In this document: one piece after another, positions 37,716 to 47,444 of the stretch
Position numbering within the stretch: the stretch's first letter is position 1
How the letters are laid out: each line of letters opens with the position of its first letter
DNA from: Thermoplasmata archaeon
Lineage (GTDB): Archaea > Thermoplasmatota > Thermoplasmata > Lutacidiplasmatales > UBA184
Reading direction: 5' to 3'
NCBI GenBank assembly: GCA_035504395.1
Contig: DATJRX010000005.1
Span: forward strand, 3,334-67,333
Length of the DNA stretch: 64,000 bases
Translations under genes and position numbers: made by a program
Notes under the pieces: model-generated
What the model saw: only the letters and a program-made list of their open reading frames with translations
What the model was told of the DNA's origin: nothing
Database searches by the model: none

Positions 37716-38014
37716 CGCGGTCTCCTCGGCGACCGGTGGCGGTCAAGGATCGTCTCGAGCTCGCTCCACCGCGCTTCGGCGGACGGCGCAAGCGAGTACA
37801 CCTGGCCATAGTGCTCGCCGGTCGAGTCGATGAGTCCGTTCTCGCGCAGGACCTTGAGGTGGTGTCGGATCGTCGTGTAGTCGAGGGCCAGTTCGGTGGC
37901 GAGCTGCTGCGCGTTCCTCGGCTCGGCCCGGAGCGTCGTTACGATCCGCCCCCGGGTGGCCGCACCGGCGCTGCTGGCGAAGAGCCACCACAGCACGCGG
38001 GAGAAGCTGTCCAC
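37712..38014 (-). CDS. ArsR-like winged-helix transcription regulator
   Basis: LWWLFASSAGAATRGRI...PRNAQQLATELALDYTTIRHHLKVLRENGLI...YG. Confidence 0.88.
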   Translation of the reverse strand: MDSFSRVLWWLFASSAGAATRGRIVTTLRAEPRNAQQLATELALDYTTIRHHLKVLRENGLIDSTGEHYGQVYSLAPSAEARWSELETILDRHRSPRRPR

Positions 38015-38140
38015 GTTGGCCGGACGGAGGGCCGCGCCCGCATTAGCGTTCGCCGCGGGCGGGCGCGCCCCGGGCCCGGCCCGCCCGCGTGCGAGGGACG
38101 GCGGTCGGACGGTCACCGATCGGAAGGAGGCCGACGTTCC

Positions 38141-38171
38141 TTTTGGGAATCCTCCGAGATCGTTCCCAAAT
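38141..38171 (-). promoter_or_regulatory. 31-bp putative operator, copy B, with inverted repeat TTTGGGAA-N13-TTCCCAAA
   Basis: Arms at 38142-38149 and 38163-38170; upstream of the ArsR-like gene. Confidence 0.6.
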
Positions 38172-38190
38172 CTCCGTCCCCTGGCCCGTC

Positions 38191-38940
38191 CTACTCATCC
38201 GACGGGCCGAAACCGGTCCGGTCGATGCGCTGGAGGATGCCCGCGAGCACGGTCCGGTGCTCGAACGGCACGCCGTGCCGTGCGAAGAACCGCTCGAGAA
38301 GCTCAAGCGAGCGGGCCAGGGTCCGGTGGGCGTCCTCGAGGCGCTGCAGCGGGTCCCCGCCCAGCCGGTCGACCCTCAGCCCCCGGCCAAGGTCGATGAT
38401 CCACGGGTGTCCCCGGTGGACCAGCACGTTGAACGGACTGAGGTCCGTGTGCACGATCCCCCCGGCGGCGAGGGTATCGATCGCGTCGAGCAGCTCCCGG
38501 GCGATCCGCGCGGGATCGTCGAGCGGGGCTCGGCGCAGCTGCGGCGCGGGCCCGTCCTCGGTGCCCAGAAACTCCATGGAGAACGCGTTCGCCTCGCGCC
38601 GGATCGGTTCGGGGACCGGCGCGCGGTACGCCCACGCGTACCCGAGGAGGTTGAACTCGCGCATCGCGAGCTGTCCCATCCCGTCGGCCTTGACCGCCCC
38701 GCGAGACCGATTCGAGGTCCGGTAGAGTCGATACGCCTTCGCCGCGACCAGCCGTGCACCGTCGCGTGCGAGAAAGACGTCGGCCTCCTTGCCGGCGCCG
38801 ATCGGGCGCAGGACCTCGGTCACGAGTCCGGCATCGAGCAGGCCGGCGGCCACCTCGGCGACGCGGGGCTCGCGGGTCTCGAGCTGGCCCGTCGAGACCT
38901 TCCAGCGTACGCTGGCGTCGAGGTACGGCGTGTTGGGCAT
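38191..38940 (-). CDS. RIO-family atypical Ser/Thr kinase
   Basis: IGAGKEADVF, AAKAYR, SMEFLG, HTDLSPFNVL, IIDL. Confidence 0.87.
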   Translation of the reverse strand: MPNTPYLDASVRWKVSTGQLETREPRVAEVAAGLLDAGLVTEVLRPIGAGKEADVFLARDGARLVAAKAYRLYRTSNRSRGAVKADGMGQLAMREFNLLGYAWAYRAPVPEPIRREANAFSMEFLGTEDGPAPQLRRAPLDDPARIARELLDAIDTLAAGGIVHTDLSPFNVLVHRGHPWIIDLGRGLRVDRLGGDPLQRLEDAHRTLARSLELLERFFARHGVPFEHRTVLAGILQRIDRTGFGPSDE

Positions 38941-39134
38941 CCGGTGCTTCGGTGGTGTTCCGCAGGGGTTCGTTCTCTCGGCGGCGCTCCCGCGCCGGCA
39001 GCCGAGCGATTACCCGGTTCCCGGCGCGTCGCGGAGTTCGATCTCGACCTGCATTTCCGGGAACCTCCTGGCCCAAGGCCGAACGCACCGAGAGCCCTAC
39101 TCGAGGTAAACCTTGCGGCCGATGGGAGAGCCGC

Positions 39135-39509
39135 TCAGAAGAACTCGATCCAGTTATTGTCGGGGTCGAGCACGTAGTAGACCCCCCGCACCCCGTGGGC
39201 GTCTTCGGGGGCGAGGGCCGGGCGCGCGCCGCCCCGCAGCAGGCGTCGGTAGGCCGCCCGCGGATTCGTCACATGGAACCCGATGTGGTCGAGGCCATCT
39301 CCGGGAGCGAACGGGGTCGCGAAGGGGTGGTCCGGCGGGTACCAGTTCAACTCGAGCCGCTGGCGGGTCCGCGGATCCTCGAGCAGGACCCAGTATCCCC
39401 CGTGATGCATCCGGCCCCGTCGCGCTTCCTTGAGCCCGAGGAGCTCCGAGTAGAACCGAACCGAACGCCCGAGGTCCGTGACCCGAATGCCGACGTATCG
39501 AAGTCCCAT
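39135..39509 (-). CDS. VOC/lactoylglutathione lyase-like protein
   Basis: YVGIRVTDLGRSVRFY...LELNWY...DHIGF...DPDNNWIE. Confidence 0.9.
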   Translation of the reverse strand: MGLRYVGIRVTDLGRSVRFYSELLGLKEARRGRMHHGGYWVLLEDPRTRQRLELNWYPPDHPFATPFAPGDGLDHIGFHVTNPRAAYRRLLRGGARPALAPEDAHGVRGVYYVLDPDNNWIEFF

Positions 39510-39757
39510 GTAGATTCCGCCGATCGGGAGGGATCCGGCTCAGCCGAACCCGCGGGCCGCGCGCGTCCGAGGGCCGCTCCCCCTCGCCGTCCGGGAGGGG
39601 GCCGGGAGGCCCGATTTCGATCGCGCGGTCGGCCGGCGGCCCAACGTCATGAGACGTTCCGCCCCTCGCAGTGGATCCCATCGGATGAACCCGGGGGCGT
39701 GGGCCCGAACGCCCTTGGGACCACCGAACCCCGGCGGCCGCTCGAACCGCAAGGGAG

Positions 39758-40375
39758 ATGACCCGCCTGCGGTCTCGCGCCGACGTGTCGGCCCAGTTCT
39801 GCTCCGGCTGCGGCGCGCCGGTCTCCCCGGGATCCCAGTTCTGCGCCTACTGCGGCCAGGCGGTCGCCTCGGGACCGGGAGGGGCCGCCGGGGGCGTGCC
39901 GCTCCCACCCGCCGGACCGACACCGCCGCCCTATCCCGCCGCGCCGGGGATGGGGATGCCAGCCCCGCGCGGGCGGCCGCGTCGATGGCTCGTGGTCGCG
40001 GTGGTCGTGATCCTGGTGATCGCGGTCGTCGGCGTCCTGCTCTACTACGAGGCGAACCAGGACAACGTCGACGTGAACGTCTTCATCGTCTGGGCGCCGG
40101 ACAATGTCTGCGGCCTGAACGAGCCGGACAACCTGCTGGCCTACAGCGGGCTCAACGATACCCCGGGGAACACCGATTACATCCAGTTCCCCGTGCCGAA
40201 CTACAACGCCACCGCGTGCTCGCTCGAATCGGTCTCGACGAACACGAGCGGGTTCACCGCGGTCCCCTCGAGCCTCCCGGTGGTCGTGCCGGTGAACGGC
40301 ACGGGCATTCTCAACCTGAACCTCACACTGCCCGGCAGCCCATGGTCGGGCGACGTGAACCTGGTCTTCGGTTGA
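39758..40375 (+). CDS. Zinc-ribbon single-TM protein with extracellular Ig-like domain
   Basis: FCSGCG...FCAYCG, Pro-rich linker, TM, Asn/Thr-rich C-terminus. Confidence 0.8.
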   Translation: MTRLRSRADVSAQFCSGCGAPVSPGSQFCAYCGQAVASGPGGAAGGVPLPPAGPTPPPYPAAPGMGMPAPRGRPRRWLVVAVVVILVIAVVGVLLYYEANQDNVDVNVFIVWAPDNVCGLNEPDNLLAYSGLNDTPGNTDYIQFPVPNYNATACSLESVSTNTSGFTAVPSSLPVVVPVNGTGILNLNLTLPGSPWSGDVNLVFG

Positions 40376-40376
40376 C

Positions 40377-40399
40377 CCGGACCCCCGGGCGGGGTCCGG
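40377..40399 (+). other. GC-rich hairpin right after the stop codon (9-bp stem)
   Basis: CCGGACCCC-CGGGC-GGGGTCCGG; no U-tract. Confidence 0.35.
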
Positions 40400-40472
40400 A
40401 CCGCTCCCCTCGGGCGCCGCGAGCCCCCGCGCGAGGCTATCTCCCGTCCGGACTCTCGGCCCTCGGGACCGC

Positions 40473-41546
40473 GTGACCGGAACGACGGCCGACGCCCGCT
40501 CCTTCTTCGCCGACCTCGCGCGATTCCGCTTCGACCGGCTCGACCTGCCCCTCGGGGTCGGCGGCGCGATCCTCATCGTCGGGCCGCTCCTCGTCTCCAA
40601 CGCCCTCCACCTGGGGTCGCCGGCGGTCATCGCGACGTTCGGACTGCTCAACCTCTTCCTGGTGATTCTGCCCCGACCCCAGAGGTCCCGGGCTAAGATC
40701 GCGGCCCTCGCGGTCGGTACGAACGCCCTCGGGTTCGGAGTCGGGAGCCTCATCGTGCTCCTGCCGGATCCGCTCGAGGTCGCGGTCGTGGCCATCGCGA
40801 CCACCGTCGCGTTGGTCGCGGGGCGCGATCCGCGGTGGGAGAATCTGGGAACCTTCTCGGTGATCCTGATGGTCGTCGGCGTCGGGATCCCGTCGGCGGG
40901 ACTCCCCGGCGTCCCGTTCCGGATGTTCTACGTCCTGGTGGGCGGGGCCATCGCCTGGGCCGGTTGGATGGTCCTGGTCCGCTGGCTCCCGCCGCTGGTG
41001 ACACGGGACCCGCCGCCGGCGCCCCCCGACCTCACGACGCGCGTGCCCGTCCGCAGCGAGCTCCCGTACGCCGCGGTCACGGGGATCACGGCCGCGGTCG
41101 GCCTCGCGATCGGGCTCGGACTCGGCCTCGAGCGCGACTACTGGGTGATGCTCACGGTCGTGGTCGCGCTGCGGATGCAGCTGAGCGCGACGATCACCAC
41201 GTCGACGGCGCGGGTCCTCGGGACGGTGATCGGCGCGGGCCTGGGATCGGTGCTGACCCTGGTCGTCACAGATCCGTGGGTCCTCGCCACCGTCCTCGGC
41301 ATCAGCGCCGCCCTCACGCTGGCGACCCGGACGGTCAACGGAACGTTCTACGTGGTGTGGGTCACGCTGTTCATCGTGGGGCTGCTCAACCTGCTCTACT
41401 CGGGCGGCCCGGCCTACGCGTACATCCGCGTGCTGGACACGCTGATCGGGGGAGCGCTCGCGCTCACCGCGGCCCTCGTCGTGACCCAGGTCGTTCCCGC
41501 GGTGCGGTCGCGGCTCGCGCCGAGGCGGCTCGCTCCACGGACGTAA
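40473..41546 (+). CDS. FUSC family membrane protein
   Basis: YWVMLTVVVAL...RVLGTVIGA...RVLDTLIGG. Confidence 0.88.
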   Translation: MTGTTADARSFFADLARFRFDRLDLPLGVGGAILIVGPLLVSNALHLGSPAVIATFGLLNLFLVILPRPQRSRAKIAALAVGTNALGFGVGSLIVLLPDPLEVAVVAIATTVALVAGRDPRWENLGTFSVILMVVGVGIPSAGLPGVPFRMFYVLVGGAIAWAGWMVLVRWLPPLVTRDPPPAPPDLTTRVPVRSELPYAAVTGITAAVGLAIGLGLGLERDYWVMLTVVVALRMQLSATITTSTARVLGTVIGAGLGSVLTLVVTDPWVLATVLGISAALTLATRTVNGTFYVVWVTLFIVGLLNLLYSGGPAYAYIRVLDTLIGGALALTAALVVTQVVPAVRSRLAPRRLAPRT

Positions 41547-41583
41547 TGTTATGAACCCGGCCCCGGTCGGAGGGGCGATCGTA

Positions 41584-42051
41584 ATGGCGAGCGCGACCCC
41601 GACCCCGAACGACAACCCCGAGGCCGAGGTCCAGGAGGACCTGATGCGCCTCGATGCGTACCGCAATCAGCTCAACGCGATGCTCCAGCAGTTCCAGATC
41701 CTCTCCGCGTCGCGCACGGAGCATGCTCGGGCCCGCGAGAGCCTCGAGGGGATCGACCGCGCGGACCCGGCGACCGAGATGCTGCTGCCGCTCGGTGGCG
41801 AAGCCTACGTGCGGGGCGCGATCGCGCGCGACGTGCCCGTGCTCATCGGCATGGGGTCGGGCGTCGTGGTCGAGATGGAGCGCGCCAAGGTCACCGAGCT
41901 CCTCGCCGAGCGGCTCGTTCGGATCGACCAGGCGCTCCGGGAGACCGAGGGTCAGATGGCCGCCCTCGACGAACGGATCCAGATCCTCTCCCGCCGCCTC
42001 GACGACCTCGCCCGGGCGGCCTCGACGGGGCCGGATGTGGGCCGCGTTTAA
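41584..42051 (+). CDS. pfdA: Prefoldin subunit alpha
   Basis: Coiled coils flanking EMLLPLGGEAYVRG...VLIGMGSGVVVE; upstream of ftsY. Confidence 0.92.
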   Translation: MASATPTPNDNPEAEVQEDLMRLDAYRNQLNAMLQQFQILSASRTEHARARESLEGIDRADPATEMLLPLGGEAYVRGAIARDVPVLIGMGSGVVVEMERAKVTELLAERLVRIDQALRETEGQMAALDERIQILSRRLDDLARAASTGPDVGRV

Positions 42052-43135
42052 GGCGCGGCTCCGCCGCCGCGAAGAGCCCGAAGCCCCGGGAACTCCCGCG
42101 TCGAAGGCCTCGCCGCCGGCGTCCTCGGCCGCCCCCCCGGGCGTTCCCTCGGCGGCGCGATCCTCGCCTCCGGCGGCCCCGGCGTCGGGCCCGACGGGCA
42201 AGGCGCCCTCGATCACCCGCGCCGCGGTGCGAAGCGCCGCGGACGATTCCTCGATGTTCACGGACGGGTTCCTCGGCCACCGGCTCACCGAAGGGACGGT
42301 CGACGAGGTGCTCGACGACCTCGAGATCGCGCTCCTGCAGTCCGATGTGGCCCTGCCCGTCGTGGAGCGGCTCCGGCGGGACCTGCGGAAGGAGCTCGCC
42401 GGTCGGAAGCTCCGCTTCGGGGTGGACGCGGAGGCCGCGATCAAGACGTGCCTCGAGCGGTCGACGCGCGCGATGCTGGCCCGCCCGACCTTCGACCTCG
42501 CCGCCGCGATCCGGGCCCACCAGCCGAAGCCGTACGTGATCCTCTTCGTCGGGGTCAACGGCACGGGCAAGACCACCACGGTCGCGAAGTTCGCGGGCTG
42601 GCTCCGCCGGCAGGGCCTCACGAGCGTCATCGCCGCCGGCGATACGTTCCGGGCCGGCGCGATCGAGCAGCTCCTCGTGCACGGGGAACGGCTCGGGATC
42701 CGGGTGGTCCGCCAGCAGGAAGGGAGCGATCCCGCGGCGGTCGCGTTCGATGCGGTCGAGCACGCGAAGGCGAAGCACTTGGACGTGGTGCTCGTCGACA
42801 CGGCGGGGCGCCAGCACACGAACGAGAACTTGATCGACGAGGCGAAGAAGATCCGTCGGGTGGCCCAGCCCGCCCTGACGCTGTTCGTCGGGGACGCGCT
42901 GAGCGGGAACGATCTCCTCGAGCAGGCGCGGCTGTTCGACCAGGCCCTGGGCCTCGACGGCCTGGTCCTCAACAAGCTCGACGCGGACACCAAGGGCGGA
43001 GGGGCCCTCAGCGTCACGTACGTGACGAAGAAGCCGATCCTGTTCGTCGGGGTCGGACAGGGGTACGAGGACTTCCGTGCGTTCGACCCCGACTGGATGG
43101 TCGGTCGCCTCTTCGCGGAGGGGACCGCCGCGTGA
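42035..43135 (+). CDS. ftsY: Signal recognition particle receptor FtsY
   Basis: GVNGTGKTTT, DTFRAGA, DTAGR, KLDADTKGG, GVGQGYED. Confidence 0.96.
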   Translation: MWAAFKARLRRREEPEAPGTPASKASPPASSAAPPGVPSAARSSPPAAPASGPTGKAPSITRAAVRSAADDSSMFTDGFLGHRLTEGTVDEVLDDLEIALLQSDVALPVVERLRRDLRKELAGRKLRFGVDAEAAIKTCLERSTRAMLARPTFDLAAAIRAHQPKPYVILFVGVNGTGKTTTVAKFAGWLRRQGLTSVIAAGDTFRAGAIEQLLVHGERLGIRVVRQQEGSDPAAVAFDAVEHAKAKHLDVVLVDTAGRQHTNENLIDEAKKIRRVAQPALTLFVGDALSGNDLLEQARLFDQALGLDGLVLNKLDADTKGGGALSVTYVTKKPILFVGVGQGYEDFRAFDPDWMVGRLFAEGTAA

Positions 43136-43899
43136 CGGCGCGGATCGACGTCGTCCTCGTCCGGCCGAAGGAGGACGGCAACGTCGGCGCCGTGGCCCGG
43201 CTCGCCCGGAACTTCGGGGCCACCCGCCTGGCGTTGGTCGCCCCGCGCGCGACCCTGGGTCCCGAGGCGCGCCGGCGCGCCATGGCCGGGCTCCCGTTCC
43301 TCGAGGCCGCTCGGCGGTTCCCGACGGTCGCCAAGGCGACCGCGGACGCGGACCTGGTGATCGGCACCACGGACCTGTCGACCGGACGGTCGACCGCCTA
43401 CCTTCGGCGGTCCGTGAGCCCGGAGCGCCTCGGCGAGATGCTGCTCCCGGTCGAGGGGCGGATCGCCCTCCTGTTCGGCCCCGAGGACAACGGCCTCTCG
43501 CGGGACGAGCTCAACGCCTGTGACCTGCTGGTCCACATTCCGGCCCGGCGGGAGTTCCCGACCCTGAACCTGTCGCACGCGGTCGCCATTCTCCTGTACG
43601 CGATCCACCGCGCGAAGGGGGAGGCCGACCCGGAGACGACCCCCGCCCCGCTCCCGATCGCCCTCAACGGGACCGAGAAGGAGCTGTTCCTCGCCCGCGG
43701 GGGGGAGCTGTTGCGGCGGATCGGCTACCCGGCCCACAAACGGAGGGGTTTAATCCTCCTCCTTCGTCGCCTTCTGGGCCGGTCTACGCCGTCCGAGGCG
43801 GAGTACCGGATGATGCTCGGGCTGTTTCGCAGCCTCGCGCACACGATGGACCGGGAAGTACATGTCCGAAGGGAACGGCAACGGCGGCGGCACGGGTGA
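43132..43899 (+). CDS. trmJ: SPOUT tRNA methyltransferase, TrmJ family
   Basis: GNVGAVAR...NFG, LLFGPEDNGL, PTLNLSHAV. Confidence 0.88.
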   Translation: MTARIDVVLVRPKEDGNVGAVARLARNFGATRLALVAPRATLGPEARRRAMAGLPFLEAARRFPTVAKATADADLVIGTTDLSTGRSTAYLRRSVSPERLGEMLLPVEGRIALLFGPEDNGLSRDELNACDLLVHIPARREFPTLNLSHAVAILLYAIHRAKGEADPETTPAPLPIALNGTEKELFLARGGELLRRIGYPAHKRRGLILLLRRLLGRSTPSEAEYRMMLGLFRSLAHTMDREVHVRRERQRRRHG

Positions 43900-44302
43900 C
43901 TGGCTACGGGCCCGCGGCATCGGGCGGGAGCGGTTCGCCGGGTACCTCGCCGACTACCTGACCACGCTCGGCTACGCGGTCGAGCGGGTCGACTCGACCG
44001 AGCCGTCGCAGAGCCGCGTCACCGGCAAGCTCGAGCGGATGAACCCGGCGGTCCCCCCGGTGGCAGCGGATCTGGCCTTCCGCCTGTATCCGACGAGCGG
44101 GGGCGCGGCGCTCGTCTGGGTCGCCCCGACCGAGATCCCGGCGGACCAGCGCGCGCGGATGGACCGGCTCGTCGCCGAGATCTCGAGCCACCTCGTCCGG
44201 GCGGTCGCGACCGAGAGCCATGCGACCGCCAAGGTCACCGCCCCGTCCGACTCCCGCCTGCCGTGGCAGGGGAACGGGACCGCGACGACGGCGAAGCCGT
44301 AG
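43862..44302 (+). CDS. Hypothetical protein
   Basis: Host-like codons; fills the gap between trmJ and rpl15e. Confidence 0.6.
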   Translation: MSEGNGNGGGTGDWLRARGIGRERFAGYLADYLTTLGYAVERVDSTEPSQSRVTGKLERMNPAVPPVAADLAFRLYPTSGGAALVWVAPTEIPADQRARMDRLVAEISSHLVRAVATESHATAKVTAPSDSRLPWQGNGTATTAKP

Positions 44303-44344
44303 CGCGAGGCCGGGACGCCTTCTCGGCGAGCGCCGACCCTCACG

Positions 44345-44352
44345 CTTATAAT
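44345..44352 (+). promoter_or_regulatory. TATA box of rpl15e (CTTATAAT)
   Basis: Ends about 28 nt before ATG 44381. Confidence 0.7.
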
Positions 44353-44380
44353 CCGGACCCGGGTCGGGGCCCCGCTTTCC

Positions 44381-44995
44381 ATGGGCAGTTCGGCCTACCG
44401 CTACATGGCCCGTTCGTTCCGGCAGACCCTCGGCGCCGAGGGGGCCGCGCTCCGTCATGAGCGGCTGCTCACCTGGCGCGGCGAGCACACGGTCCAGCGC
44501 CTCGAGCACCCGACCCGGCTCGACCGGGCGCGGGCCCTCGGCTTCAAGGCGAAGGGCGGGTTCGTCGTGGTCCGCGTCCGGGTCCGGCGCGGCGGCCAGC
44601 GCAAGCGCGCGATCATCGCGGGGCGCCGCCCGAAGCACAAGGGGGTGCTCCGGATGACCCTCAAGAAGAGCCTGCGACGCATCGCCGAGGAGCGCGCGCA
44701 GAAGCACTTCCCGAACCTCGAGGTCCTGAACTCCTACTGGGTCGGCGAGGACGGGAAGCAGAAGTTCTTCGAAGTGCTGCTCCTCGACCCGTCCCACCCC
44801 GAGGTCCGCGCGGATCCCGCGCTCTCGTGGATCACCGCGCCGGCGCAGACGCGCCGGGTCTACCGCGGGCTCACGAGCGCGGGCAAGGAAGGCCGGGGCC
44901 TCCGCTGGAAGGGCAAGGGCACGGAGCGGTTCCGCCCGTCGTACCAGCGCAACCGGCGCGACACGCGGCGCACGCAGTCGAAGGTCATCCCGTAG
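44381..44995 (+). CDS. rpl15e: 50S ribosomal protein L15e
   Basis: PTRLDRARALGFKAK, NLEVLNSYWVGEDG, RGLTSAG. Confidence 0.97.
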   Translation: MGSSAYRYMARSFRQTLGAEGAALRHERLLTWRGEHTVQRLEHPTRLDRARALGFKAKGGFVVVRVRVRRGGQRKRAIIAGRRPKHKGVLRMTLKKSLRRIAEERAQKHFPNLEVLNSYWVGEDGKQKFFEVLLLDPSHPEVRADPALSWITAPAQTRRVYRGLTSAGKEGRGLRWKGKGTERFRPSYQRNRRDTRRTQSKVIP

Positions 44996-45001
44996 GCCGG
45001 C

Positions 45002-45460
45002 TCACGGGCCCGGGAACCGGTCGAGGCGCTCCTCGATCGAGTCGCCGCACACCTCGGCGAGCCGTCGGGCCCATCCGTAGAGGCCCTCGACGTGGACGAG
45101 CTCGCCGCGCACGATCCGCGCGAGGCGCCGGCGGTACTCGAGGTCGAGCGACGGCCGGTCCGCTTCGAGGAACTCCTTGAGCCGCCGGGCGAAGTGTCCT
45201 CCTTCGGTGTCCCAGTCCGTGAGCACGATCACGCGCGCGGCCCGGTCGACGAGGTCGTGCGCGGTCCCGCTCAGCGGCCGCCCGCGGTGCAGCGCGACGA
45301 TACGGCCGTCGATCCCGAGGCGGCGGAGCGAACGTCGGTCCCGTTCGCCTTCCACGACGACGACCGTGCCGGGCTCGCCGGACTCCGCGCGGAGATCGTG
45401 CCAGAGCTTCAGGAACTCCTCGAGCGTGTCGCGGGCGGTCGGACGGACGCGGAGCGGCAT
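45002..45460 (-). CDS. Small Toprim-domain protein (RNase M5-like)
   Basis: VVVVEGERD and IVLTDWDTEG Toprim motifs; HVEGL. Confidence 0.87.
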   Translation of the reverse strand: MPLRVRPTARDTLEEFLKLWHDLRAESGEPGTVVVVEGERDRRSLRRLGIDGRIVALHRGRPLSGTAHDLVDRAARVIVLTDWDTEGGHFARRLKEFLEADRPSLDLEYRRRLARIVRGELVHVEGLYGWARRLAEVCGDSIEERLDRFPGP

Positions 45461-45662
45461 CGGTGCGGACCGGGGGCCTCGCCCTCCGCCGGGGACCGAC
45501 GGGAGGGCGAAGATAACCCCGCCGACCCTCGGTCCGCTCGCGGACGCCCCGAGCGACCCGCCGCGTCCGACCGTCGTCGCCGCCATTCCCGGGCGCGTCC
45601 CCGGCGCGACCGCGAAGTTCCTATACGCGCGCGCGTCTCGCGCCTCTCCCCGAAGGTCTCGG

Positions 45663-46328
45663 ATGCCCGACCACTACACGCAGCTGCTGGAGTGGCGACG
45701 CACCGAGGCGTCCGTGCGGGGCCTCGCGAAGCTCCCGCACGACTTCTACCGGACCACGACGGCCTACCTCACCGAGATGCGGGCGAGCTACGAGGCCGAG
45801 CTCCGGGAGAACCCATCGAGCCGCAAGGGCGAGATCCTCCGGCAGACCTACCAGCGGGCGACGCAGGTCGCGCGGGACGTGATCGAGGCGCGCGCGCAGA
45901 AGGTGATGACCGCGGCGTTCCAGGCGTCGATCGGGGGCGCGAAGGAGCTGCCGAACGCCCTCCCCGAGGAGCGCGCGATCTTCGACGCGATGCTCGGGAC
46001 GCTCTCCGACCATCGTCGCGCGTCCGCGCCGTATCTCGAGCCGCACGCGCCCGCCGCCGCGGGCCCCGCGCCCCGCAAGCCCGAGCCGGCGGCCGTCGCC
46101 GCCCCGGCGCCCCCGCCGGGCGCCCCGAGCGCGCGGCCCCCCCGGGCGCCGGGACCGTCGACCTGGGTGCGCATCCTGCAGGGGGGCCGCCGCGTCGAGC
46201 TCGGTTCCGAGACGATCGATCTCCGGACGGACGATGTGCTCTCCCTGCCCGCCGAGCAGGCGAAGCTCCTGATCGACGCGAAGGTCGCCGAACCGGTGCA
46301 GGCGTCCGCGCCCGTCCCCGCTACGTAG
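45663..46328 (+). CDS. gins: GINS complex subunit (Gins15/Gins51 type)
   Basis: LAKLPHDFY, R..K helix, ALPEERAIF, C-terminal B domain DDVLSLPAEQAKLLI. Confidence 0.85.
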   Translation: MPDHYTQLLEWRRTEASVRGLAKLPHDFYRTTTAYLTEMRASYEAELRENPSSRKGEILRQTYQRATQVARDVIEARAQKVMTAAFQASIGGAKELPNALPEERAIFDAMLGTLSDHRRASAPYLEPHAPAAAGPAPRKPEPAAVAAPAPPPGAPSARPPRAPGPSTWVRILQGGRRVELGSETIDLRTDDVLSLPAEQAKLLIDAKVAEPVQASAPVPAT

Positions 46329-47427
46329 CCGGCGGGCGCGCCGCGAGCTCGAGCACCCGGAACCGCTCGAAGCCGAACAGCAGATTCTTCGCGGCGAGCC
46401 GCAGGCGGACCTCGGCTTCCGCCGAGCCGGCGCTCTTCAGCGCCGCGTCGAGCAGCGCGGGGAATCCCCACTCCCCGAGCGCCTCGGCCTGGGAGCGGAA
46501 CGCGATCTCGGTGAGGCCGCTGCCCCGGGCGACCGCCCGGACCCGGGAGAAGTTCACGAACATCGATAGGTCCGAGGTGCCGGGCGCCTCGAACGGGGCC
46601 TCGAGCGACCGATGCCCCCGGACGGCGGCGAGGGTGCCGCGGGGATGCGCCGCGAGCAGCTCGGGTTCCTCGAGGCCGTAGTCGATAAGGATCGCGACCC
46701 CCGCGGCGAGGTGATCGCCGATCTCGCGCACGGCCGCCTCCGCCCCCGCGGAGACCTCGACGACCGTCCCCGCCTCGAGGTGGATCGGCAGCGCGGGACC
46801 GGGCACGGCCCGGTCCATCGGCCGGTCCGCGGGCCCGAGGCCGTCCCCTCGCAGTTCCACGCCGAGCTCGCGCCAGTAGCTCCCGTCCCAGAGGAGCCGC
46901 CGGGCGGGTTGCGCATCGAGGTACTCGTTGGCGATCACGGCGCCGGCGAACGGCCCGTCGGCTCCGAGCGACGGGAGTCGCACCACCCGAACCGTTGCGG
47001 AGGTCGCGCGGATCCGATGCGCCGCCTCCGCCGCCCGGGCCTCCGAGCGCTCGACGAGGGCGTACTCGAGCTCCGCCTCCTCGGGCCGAAGGGCGGAGAC
47101 GATCCCGGCGGCGAGGGTGCCATCGCCCGGCCCGAGCTCGACGATGCGGAACGGGCGGGCGGCGATCGACGCGCGAACCGCCCCGATCCGCTGGGCGAGC
47201 GACCGCGCGAACAGCGGCGAGACGTGGGCCGCCGTGTAGTAGTCGCCCATCGGCCCGAGCGGCGAGCGGGCCGCCGAGTAGTAGCCCGCGACCGGGTCGT
47301 AGAGGGCGATCTCCATGAACCGGTCGAACGGGACGAAGCCCGAACCGTCCTGGGCCGCGCGCAGCCGCGCGCGGATCCGGTCCGTCCGCGACGCGCGGTC
47401 CGGGTCCGGGGAAGGGACGGCCGCCAC
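46321..47427 (-). CDS. MidA/NDUFAF7-family SAM-dependent methyltransferase
   Basis: FMEIALYDP..GYY, GDYYTA, VELGPGDGTL, IANEYLDA, IDYG, DLS..VNF. Confidence 0.88.
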   Translation of the reverse strand: MAAVPSPDPDRASRTDRIRARLRAAQDGSGFVPFDRFMEIALYDPVAGYYSAARSPLGPMGDYYTAAHVSPLFARSLAQRIGAVRASIAARPFRIVELGPGDGTLAAGIVSALRPEEAELEYALVERSEARAAEAAHRIRATSATVRVVRLPSLGADGPFAGAVIANEYLDAQPARRLLWDGSYWRELGVELRGDGLGPADRPMDRAVPGPALPIHLEAGTVVEVSAGAEAAVREIGDHLAAGVAILIDYGLEEPELLAAHPRGTLAAVRGHRSLEAPFEAPGTSDLSMFVNFSRVRAVARGSGLTEIAFRSQAEALGEWGFPALLDAALKSAGSAEAEVRLRLAAKNLLFGFERFRVLELAARPPAT

Positions 47428-47444
47428 GCGCGTCCGCTCCCCGA

